DNA of 64,000 nucleotides from Squalus acanthias (Eukaryota). Made by a program: the position numbers and the translations under genes. This document shows positions 60,001 to 64,000 of this stretch, in pieces (position 1 is the stretch's first letter; each line of letters starts with the position of its first letter). Below the pieces are notes generated by a model, which saw only the letters and a program-made list of their open reading frames with translations, had not been told where the DNA came from and searched no databases. The stretch lies in assembly GCA_030390025.1 (NCBI GenBank), contig CM059432.1:33234001-33298000 (forward strand), written 5' to 3'.

Positions 60001-61569
60001 CAAAACAGCAGTTTGAGATAGGGGTGGGAATTGAGAGAAAGATTTGTATTTATATATTGTCTCAAACATTCCAAAGTTATCTATATTACTTTGAAATGCA
60101 GTTACTGTTGTTATGTAGGCAAACGTGGCTGCTATTTTACACACCAGGTCCCACAAATATCAATGAGGTGAATGACCAGTTAATGTGTTTTTGGTTGAGG
60201 GATGAAAGTTTTCCAGGAGAAATCGCTGCTCTTTAATGTCTATCTGAACAGCCAGACAGGATCCCTGTTTAATATCTTGTGCAAAAGATAGATTTCTGAC
60301 AATGCAGGACTCCCTCAGTACAGCACCTGTTTTTGGTTGAGGGAGAAGTGTTAACAACCCCCTACTCTTTTTTCAAGTCAGGCCATGGAATCCACCTGAA
60401 CAAGTTTAACGTCTCATCTGAAAGACGGCACCTGTGACAATGCAGCACTGTCTCAGTACTGCACTGAAATGTTGGCCTACATTATGTGCTCAGGTTGGAG
60501 CGTGAGACTTGAACCCACTCAGGCAAAAGTGAGCCATGTTAATATCAGAATGTGATCTAAGTACACATATTGAGGGCTGTAAAGACAAAACTGTTTGCTA
60601 ATATCCAATTTCTCAGCTCCAGTCTCGCTCTAGGGCTTGAGTAGATAATGTAGACTAACAGTCCAATTCGATGCAGAGGGTGTACTGCGTTATCAGAAGA
60701 GCTATCCTCTGGAATAGATATTAAACCAATGTCCCAACCACCTGTTTGTATGATTCAGAAAGACATTAAAGATCCCATGGCATGATTAGAAAAGCAATGA
60801 GTTTTGCATGCTTCTGGCCACCGTTCTTCCATCAACGAACACCACCAATAATAACTGATTAACTGATCATTCATTTTGTTCCTTTTTATTGGCTCTTGCT
60901 ACACTCAAAATGGCTGCCACATTTATTTGTCTGCAAATAAATAGTCACTACATTTTAAAGTAATTAATTGTATGTGAATTAAAAAAAAGACTTGCATTTA
61001 TATAAAGCCTTTCACGACCTCAGGATGTCCCAATGTATGTTTTTAAAGTGTAATCGCTTGTAATGTAGAAAAAGTAGCAGCCAATTTGCACTCAGCAAGG
61101 TCCCATAAACAGCAATGAGATAAATGACCAGATCAACTGTTGGTGTTGGTTGAGGGTTAAATGTTGGCTAGGACATGGGGGGGAACACACTGCTCTTCGA
61201 ACAGTGCCATGGGATTTTTACATCCACCTGAGAGGGCATATGGGGCCGCGGTTTGACAGCACCGCCAACAGTGCAACACTCCTTCAGTACTGCACTGAAG
61301 TGCCAGCCTAGATTATGTGTTCAAGTCTCTGGAGTGGGACTTGAACCCATGATCTTCTGATTCAGAGGCGAGAGTGTTATCACTGAGCGAAGGCTAAGCT
61401 TGGGGACATTTCTCTGGGGTACTGTATAAAAGCAATTTTATTTAAAATGAGTAGCTGTTGCTCTAAGCTGATACAGACAATCTTCTTGCTACATCATCTC
61501 ATTTCGTTACAGTCTTGCTACCAGCACATTCAGAAAGAGGAAATACGGTCTAGGAGTTTGCCTAAATAA
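2930..61569 (+). CDS. ALS2CL: ALS2 C-terminal-like protein, 5'-partial spliced gene; 21 coding exons in window, 2349 nt = 782 aa + stop (DH end, PH, MORN repeats, VPS9)
   Basis: All 21 exons have AG/GT boundaries with compatible phases and join without internal stops. The translation is collinear with vertebrate ALS2CL as recalled ([72 protein letters not shown]). Confidence 0.93.
3200..3535 (+). mobile_element. tRNA-derived DeuSINE (SacSINE1-like)
   Basis: Contains ggaggtgccatcttacgaatgagatgttaaaccaaggcccc (Deu-like core); collinear with the 21597-22058 copy. Confidence 0.75.
4195..7105 (-). mobile_element. Two nested 5'-truncated CR1 LINEs (inner about 4495-6340 inside an older copy)
   Basis: Minus-strand RT fragments (SGVPQGPVLGPQLF, KFADDTK, LVRPH); two CR1 3' tails at about 4195 and 4495. 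Confidence 0.88.
7956..7993 (-). ncRNA. Minimal type I hammerhead ribozyme motif (inverted copy)
   Basis: Exact reverse complement of 8553-8590. Confidence 0.8.
8553..8590 (+). ncRNA. Minimal type I hammerhead ribozyme motif (Penelope type)
   Basis: TCAC-CTGAGGA-aGGAGtgatagCTCC-GAAA-GC-TT-GTGA: helix I TCAC/GTGA, CUGANGA core, helix II, GAAA, palindromic AGCT helix III, UH site. Confidence 0.8.
9927..10123 (-). mobile_element. Short Penelope-type palindromic element of the same family
   Basis: 15-bp TSD ctcctctactgtgat (9912-9926, 10124-10138); arms 9958-10033 and 10048-10123 with one mismatch; same tail as the 7865 copy. Confidence 0.85.
10034..10070 (+). ncRNA. Minimal type I hammerhead ribozyme motif
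   Basis: TTAC-CTGATGA-aGGAGCagcGCTCC-GAAA-GC-TC-GTGA: canonical CUGAUGA core and UC cleavage site. Confidence 0.82.
11375..11880 (-). mobile_element. L2 LINE 3' fragment
   Basis: Minus-strand peptides FVTPRIDYSNASLPGLP, FQNSAARNLT, LHRLPVHKRLDFK, typical of the L2 ORF2 C-terminus. Confidence 0.82.
11937..13240 (-). mobile_element. Young 5'-truncated CR1 LINE
   Basis: Nearly uninterrupted RT ORF 12410-13270 (YLDFQKAFDKVPH, SGVPQGSVLGP, KFADDTK); ttctatgt-type tail. Confidence 0.93.
13494..13604 (+). CDS. ALS2CL: ALS2CL exon 2 in window, PH domain start
   Basis: ttttag|[37 protein letters not shown]|gtaaag; 111 nt. Confidence 0.92.
13785..14620 (-). mobile_element. L2 LINE fragment
   Basis: QYWMSRNFPQLNIGKTKAIVFSP (ORF 14201-14461); overlaps the 11375 copy in L2 coordinates, so it is a separate insertion. 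Confidence 0.8.
14655..14970 (-). mobile_element. DeuSINE (SacSINE1-like)
   Basis: Reverse complement is collinear with the 21597-22058 copy, including the tRNA-like head. Confidence 0.7.
15090..15160 (+). CDS. ALS2CL: ALS2CL exon 3 in window, PH domain
   Basis: ccctag|GSESNSYKLDTLWVEAMVDTSSE(R)|gtgagc; 71 nt, phase 0-2. Confidence 0.87.
15365..16250 (-). mobile_element. CR1 LINE 3' fragment
   Basis: FFTQRVVRIWNAL, LGLFSLEQRR, RLQEDIDRLVEW peptides plus CR1 tail. Confidence 0.88.
17275..17341 (+). CDS. ALS2CL: ALS2CL exon 4 in window, PH domain
   Basis: gttcag|NQLKIIVPEEEFIFNLQDSQDK|gtgagc; 67 nt, phase 2-0. Confidence 0.9.
17938..20527 (-). mobile_element. CR1 LINE (EN end to 3' tail), inserted into a DeuSINE (about 17700-17937 and 20528-20670)
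   Basis: ORF2 pieces 18018-20341 (PTREGAVLDLILGN, GDSDHN, YMDFSKAFDKVPH); the SINE sequence resumes on the far side. Confidence 0.92.
21597..22058 (+). mobile_element. Near full-length tRNA-derived DeuSINE (SacSINE1-like)
   Basis: A-box ggctcagtggtag and B-box-like head, Deu-like core ggatgagatgttaaaccgaggccccgtc, L2-type tail aatataaatgcaagtt. Confidence 0.8.
22101..22303 (+). CDS. ALS2CL: ALS2CL exon 5 in window, PH end and first MORN repeat
   Basis: tcacag|IVWFWKLNQAIRQHLDGKLDFPLWG...[15 protein letters not shown]|gtttgt; 203 nt. Confidence 0.93.
22558..24046. repeat. Minisatellite, about 33-bp unit (31-34), about 45 copies
   Basis: Unit gggagaggagcattgatcagctgtaggggcagt read directly. 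Confidence 0.97.
24258..24925 (-). mobile_element. CR1 LINE 3' fragment
   Basis: ORF 24211-24633 (HFYTQRVVELWNSLP); same subfamily as the 4495-5100 segment. Confidence 0.87.
25738..25803 (+). CDS. ALS2CL: ALS2CL exon 6 in window, MORN
   Basis: ctttag|GIMKWPDGRNYAGHYEGGQEHG|gtaaga; 66 nt, phase 2-2. Confidence 0.93.
25891..29255 (-). mobile_element. Decayed Penelope-like element (RT + GIY-YIG endonuclease + 3' pseudo-LTR), split by a MITE
   Basis: RT motifs RPIVS, FTMDVQSLYTSI, KGVAMG..MSPSYACLF, YIDD; GIY-YIG NLVYCICCSRYGLLYIGETKRRL...HFN...GLN; frameshifted. Confidence 0.92.
26115..27006. mobile_element. Non-autonomous PIF/Harbinger-type DNA transposon (MITE)
   Basis: Imperfect TIRs GGGGTAAAAATT / AATTTCTACCCC; TAA duplicated at 26112-26114 and 27007-27009; GC/CpG-rich subtermini. 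Confidence 0.75.
29320..29485 (+). mobile_element. L2 LINE 3' tail
   Basis: ctacctctttgaccaagctttt...gctatataaatgcaagttgttg, matching the L2 copies at 11375 and 37755. Confidence 0.72.
30027..30122 (+). CDS. ALS2CL: ALS2CL exon 7 in window, MORN
   Basis: ttccag|[32 protein letters not shown]|gtaagt; 96 nt. Confidence 0.93.
32429..32590 (+). CDS. ALS2CL: ALS2CL exon 8 in window, MORN
   Basis: tcctag|YGNGMTYKGYFQDNQRHGFGILHSS...YVGHWENNRKTGYGVFDDLDR|gtatga; 162 nt. Confidence 0.93.
32885..33262 (+). mobile_element. Old tRNA-derived SINE, AmnSINE2-like (related copies about 31990-32395 -, 48265-48565 -, 52262-52520 +)
   Basis: Shared blocks aatcagtcagggtcccactgctgatggctatcc / gctggaag / gtgaggacaggatcgg in four copies; family name from recalled consensus. 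Confidence 0.55.
33800..35350 (-). mobile_element. Decayed CR1 3' fragment split by a MITE
   Basis: LGLYFLKFRKRRGDLIEVFK peptide; CR1 sequence resumes at 35038. Confidence 0.8.
34276..35037. mobile_element. Non-autonomous DNA transposon (MITE), Harbinger-like
   Basis: Perfect 16-bp TIR GGGCCAGAAATTCGGC; 3-bp TSD AAT (34273-34275, 35038-35040); AT-rich centre. Confidence 0.85.
36599..36710 (+). CDS. ALS2CL: ALS2CL exon 9 in window, MORN
   Basis: atacag|GERYVGTWLEDSKHGNGIVITQSGLCYEGNFQNNKIV|gtgagt; 112 nt. Confidence 0.93.
37254..37331 (+). CDS. ALS2CL: ALS2CL exon 10 in window, MORN
   Basis: caacag|GSGTILSEDDSAYEGEFTEELVLTGK|gtatga; 78 nt, phase 0-0. Confidence 0.93.
37755..38270 (-). mobile_element. 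L2 LINE 3' fragment
   Basis: IGGRAFSCLGPKLWNSP...FKALLKTKLF peptide and L2 tail. Confidence 0.83.
38385..40095 (+). mobile_element. CR1 LINE 3' half, interrupted by another LINE
   Basis: YMDFQKAFDKV, LVRPQLEYCVQFW; CR1 resumes at about 39858. Confidence 0.88.
39238..39857 (-). mobile_element. Non-LTR retrotransposon 3' fragment (RTEX or CR1/Jockey group, distinct from the flanking CR1)
   Basis: YKAQVRSVMEYSPLAW...LDTIQDKAARLIG...SLHHWRTVAAVCTIYKMH; second copy at 54935-55495 (+). Confidence 0.75.
40853..40983 (+). CDS. ALS2CL: ALS2CL exon 11 in window, last MORN
   Basis: tttcag|GKLTFNNGYIIEGLFSNKWGSGLRANGIFSKPTEELNPLITSKL|gtgagt; 131 nt. Confidence 0.92.
41125..41720 (+). mobile_element. 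CR1 LINE 3' fragment
   Basis: LEKLWLFSLEQQRLRGNLIKVF peptide and gattctatg tail. Confidence 0.85.
45030..45069 (-). mobile_element. 40-nt tail-only Penelope-type insertion
   Basis: Matches the tail at about 7870-7909; flanked by the 8-bp TSD agatcata (45022-45029, 45070-45077). Confidence 0.85.
46445..47043 (-). repeat. Tandem 95-bp monomer array forming the CR1 5' end (6 units plus a partial)
   Basis: Units start at 46445, 46540, 46635, 46730, 46825 (12-bp deletion), 46908 and 47003. Confidence 0.93.
48005..48241 (+). CDS. ALS2CL: ALS2CL exon 12 in window
   Basis: ttctag|QLGSHITPAKDRWQGIYDQFRDFLNSG...PLDFLSCDG|gtaaga; 237 nt, phase 2-2. Confidence 0.9.
49345..49690 (-). mobile_element. 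tRNA-derived SINE with Meta-like core (second copy about 59700-59978 +)
   Basis: Reverse strand ggttcactaatgttctttagggaaggaaacctcccgtccttacccagtctggcctatatgtgac; family name from recalled consensus. Confidence 0.6.
49765..50222 (-). mobile_element. CR1 LINE 3' fragment
   Basis: ORF 49853-50218 is the CR1 ORF2 C-terminus. Confidence 0.9.
50941..51025 (+). CDS. ALS2CL: ALS2CL exon 13 in window
   Basis: ttctag|PNGTASEKLAPNQCNLAEGQQLKEYLSK|gtaatg; 85 nt, phase 2-0; divergent but restores the frame. Confidence 0.82.
51070..51400 (-). mobile_element. DeuSINE (SacSINE1-like)
   Basis: Reverse complement of the 21597 family, directly after exon 13. Confidence 0.72.
51455..51900 (-). mobile_element. 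CR1 LINE 3' fragment
   Basis: Collinear with the 15365-16250 copy. Confidence 0.78.
51984..52141 (+). CDS. ALS2CL: ALS2CL exon 14 in window
   Basis: ctctag|AFESSHHPLGKLLQTLIMIFQSTFSGIG...AQQEVMSHAKKLFELAR|gtcagt; 158 nt. Confidence 0.92.
52720..53850 (+). mobile_element. Decayed CR1 LINE
   Basis: EFADDAKL peptide, gttagaccacacttggagtac, CR1-type tail. Confidence 0.8.
53926..53982 (+). CDS. ALS2CL: ALS2CL exon 15 in window
   Basis: ttccag|YFLPKSLEKEFSSTEDTIR|gtaaac; 57 nt, phase 2-2. Confidence 0.8.
54450..54626 (+). CDS. ALS2CL: ALS2CL exon 16 in window
   Basis: ctgtag|DDINAYTVTIPLILPRFYPDLFMLYMLYHEAEDSLYWKG...DTKLLEFLEVQK|gtaagt; 177 nt. Confidence 0.93.
54935..55495 (+). mobile_element. 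Non-LTR retrotransposon 3' fragment, same family as 39238-39857
   Basis: SKSWNSLPNSIVGAP.PHGLQWFKKAAHHHL peptide and shared tail. Confidence 0.72.
55565..55607 (+). CDS. ALS2CL: ALS2CL exon 17 in window
   Basis: tcgcag|DLWPLQDLHLTNNQ|gttaga; 43 nt, phase 2-0. Confidence 0.9.
56290..57910 (+). mobile_element. Old, heavily decayed CR1 LINE ORF2
   Basis: KSPGPDGLHPMALKE, LYRALARPHLEHC peptides. Confidence 0.8.
57631..57802. repeat. Perfect 86-bp tandem duplication
   Basis: 57631-57716 equals 57717-57802. Confidence 0.9.
58122..58183 (+). CDS. ALS2CL: ALS2CL exon 18 in window, VPS9 start
   Basis: atacag|RISIVKDVCFTSAILCFQKIS|gtgagc; 62 nt. Confidence 0.91.
58588..58737 (+). CDS. ALS2CL: ALS2CL exon 19 in window, VPS9 core
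   Basis: ctgcag|[50 protein letters not shown]|gtaaga; 150 nt; VPS9 xDDLLP motif. Confidence 0.94.
59462..59558 (+). CDS. ALS2CL: ALS2CL exon 20 in window, VPS9
   Basis: ctatag|[32 protein letters not shown]|gtgagt; 97 nt. Confidence 0.94.
60030..61400. mobile_element. Cluster of DeuSINE copies (minus, minus, plus about 60610-60980, minus about 60985-61400)
   Basis: Each segment is collinear with the 21597-22058 family. Confidence 0.72.
61513..61569 (+). CDS. ALS2CL: ALS2CL terminal coding exon
   Basis: ttacag|[18 protein letters not shown]; TAA at 61567-61569. Confidence 0.92.
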   Translation, partial: [18 protein letters not shown]

Positions 61570-62052
61570 TGTCTGACGCCACAAAGGGAATGCAAGACGA
61601 ACAACACTACAAAAAACATTGAACATCGAGAACATTGGATGTACTTACAAAATACAATTGCAGGAGAGCAGGTCCTCCACCAGCCCTTCATACGATGTGC
61701 AAATAGTAGTAGGCAGAATCTGACCTCCTGATGGAAGGTCCCTCAAACTTAAAGTTTCACTTCAAGTGGCCTCTGCTCAACAGCAGAAAAGACTTACAGT
61801 TGCGCAAAATGTATTGCAAGTATGAGATGGGGATAGGTTACCAAAAAAAAGACTGGTTCGATGATGGGAAAAAGTGAGGCAATAATTGATTCAAAAATGC
61901 CAACATTAAAGTCTTCCCCTTTATTTTCGGAAGAAAGTGACTGTGTCTGTAACTATTCTGAATTCAAGCATCAGCTCCAGGGCTCCTCACCCTGGAAGAG
62001 GAGTGTTATTTCATCTATAGGCAATAAATACCAGCGATGTCAACCTCCTGAG

Positions 62053-62068
62053 AATAAATAAAATAAAA
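62053..62068 (+). terminator. Candidate polyadenylation signal cluster for ALS2CL
   Basis: Overlapping AATAAA hexamers about 490 nt after the stop. Other AATAAA sites exist further downstream, so the real 3' end is uncertain. Confidence 0.35.
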
Positions 62069-62849
62069 GAACCCAGGGCGCTGTCTTCTGGCCGAGAGTG
62101 CAATTCATAGGCTGCAGTATAAATTGGGTGCTGCTACTTGCAAACGACGTGGTGCACTATAACTGCAACATAATCCTGCATAGCACTGAAGCCCATCCAC
62201 TCATGATGTACTGAAATCTTTGTATAAATCAAACAAAGTTTACAAAGTGGAGTTATACCGTCATTGAAATGGGCTTGAGGATCGAGTTGAAGACCATGGA
62301 GTTCAGATGAAGATCAAAAACCTTTCAATGTTTGCAGTTGTGATTTTTATGATGTCGTCCAAACCCATCAGTTGAGTTGTAGTCCTGTTCAGTTGCCTCT
62401 GGAAATGGCTGAAGGGGATTGTGTTGTAGTTGCTGTATATCTTGTCAATTTTTCTATGCTAGCTGCACTATGGAAGGATAGTGGAGGCTTCAGCAAAGGT
62501 GATGGGGGCATAAGTATAGGGAGATATTCTGTTCTGATCTAATCAAGATAGCCAGTGTTCCTCTTTATTCTTGGGAATCCTAGGTGAATGGCCAAGGCCA
62601 ATGCTGCAGGAGATCAATCAAATTGAAGAATAGGAGAGAAGATGAGACAAATCTCAGGCTTTAAAAGGCTGTAGCTTGTGGGAGGAAGAAAAAACTAAAG
62701 GAGGTAAGAAGTTCTGGGAAAGAATGAGTTGGAGTGAGATGTTGCAATGGCTCTTCTAGTTATACGAATTTGTAATAGAGAAGCTTAAACTCTAGAGCGA
62801 AAAAGGTTATAGAGTAAACTGAGATTAGTTCGACGTCAGGGGATAGGAT

Positions 62850-63032
62850 GGGATATGTTAGGGGGAATTAAATACGTGGGGTTACGGGGGTAGGGTGGGA
62901 TATGTGTACTGTGGGGATTAGGGCAGGGACAGGGTACTGGATTTGGATGATCAGCCATGATCGTATTGAATGGCGGAGCAGGCTCGACGGGCCGAATGGC
63001 CTACTCCTGCTCCTAGATTCTATGTTTCTATG
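62850..63032 (+). mobile_element. Short CR1-tailed retroposon fragment
   Basis: gatcagccatgatcgtattgaatggcggagcaggctcgacgggccgaatggcctactcctgctcc plus ttctatgt tail, as in the CR1 3' ends elsewhere. Confidence 0.7.
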
Positions 63033-63816
63033 TCAGTCTTGGTCAGGCTGTAGGATGAAAGAACATAAATTATTGAAATAAATTTAAAATGGGTCTGGGG
63101 GAAGTCTCTACGGCAATCAGGCATTCAAGATAATTGGATCCCAGGCTGGCTTAGAGCACTGGAGGGGCTGGCAGGACGAGCCCTACAGATTGGATGGTCG
63201 TTCCTCATCCTTTTGTCATGTGCTGTTGGCCTTGAGCCTTCACCTAGTTTTTGCAACTTAAACAAAGGTGAGTTTATACTGTTGGAAGTCAAAAATCTAT
63301 ATCTCAGCACTTTGTATAAACTAATTTCCCCCTAACAACTATTGCAATACTAAATTTGTACAATGTTTGGAATATTGTGTAAATAGTGTTCCACAGAGTT
63401 GCACACTCATTCAAAGCTGGGGTGAAACTGAAAAGCCTGTTGATTTGCTCTTCTCATTCCTGCAATTTCACTTCAAAGAAATCTACAAGCCACTCTAATG
63501 TTACAGATCATTAGTTGGGAAAGCTCAGTCACCTTACTGTGAGGTATGCATCTGCCTGCAATTGGAACAAACGAGGCTCAAGGAATTAACAAATGAAAAA
63601 ATTTGTATATTATGCTTTTGTAACCAAATATTTTAATGTTTATAGGTATGACAGATTATATTATCTTGAAATAAATGTTTGCACTTTTAGCCTGGTTTGT
63701 CCTCCTATATTTAAACAGTACATCACTTGGACGGTGCTGGAATTCTCTTCCTTTAAGCAAGAAAATAAATTGGAGAAAATGTATCTTGATTCTTGTTAAC
63801 TGCTCCATGACTCTCT

Positions 63817-64000
63817 TAGGGTTGCCAACTGTGGTTCGATGTATTCTTGGAGGTTTCATCATGTGATCTCACGCCTCTAATTGCCTTGTCCCCACACTCC
63901 CACCATTGGTCACCCAACACTTCCTTGCGCCGCACCGCCTTCCCATACCAACTGAATAGAACCTTTGTTACTTGAATGGATGATTCTTGACTGTCAAACA
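63817..64000 (+). mobile_element. Possible hAT (Blackjack-like) MITE left end
   Basis: Starts with TAGGGTTGCCAAC, a terminus typical of this group; the other end is not in the window. Confidence 0.4.

Noticed and set aside
2930..61569. Calling the gene ALS2 (alsin)
   Set aside because: Motifs such as [22 protein letters not shown] and SCYQHIQKE fit ALS2CL better as recalled. The N-terminus, where ALS2 has an RCC1-like domain, is outside the window, so a reciprocal BLAST should confirm.

Overview
Eukaryotic DNA, very probably cartilaginous fish (shark-type CR1, L2, Penelope and DeuSINE repertoire). The only host gene is the 3' part of ALS2CL on the + strand. I assembled 21 GT-AG coding exons by hand from 2930 to the stop at 61569. 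They join in frame into 782 aa covering the end of the DH-like region, a PH domain, MORN repeats and a C-terminal VPS9 domain; the upstream exons lie outside the window. Most of the introns are transposon-derived: many CR1 LINEs (one near full length, with a tandem 95-bp monomer 5' UTR), L2 and RTEX/CR1-group fragments, a decayed Penelope element, at least three tRNA-derived SINE families, PIF/Harbinger-type MITEs, an LTR-like element at the left edge and a 33-bp minisatellite. The most interesting structure is a young non-coding Penelope-type family present three times, each copy with target-site duplications. The copies are a perfect 354-bp-arm palindrome, a 76-bp-arm palindrome and a 40-nt tail-only insertion, and the two palindromes carry intact minimal hammerhead ribozyme motifs. 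Repeat-family names come from recalled consensus sequences, not database searches, and most repeat boundaries are approximate.
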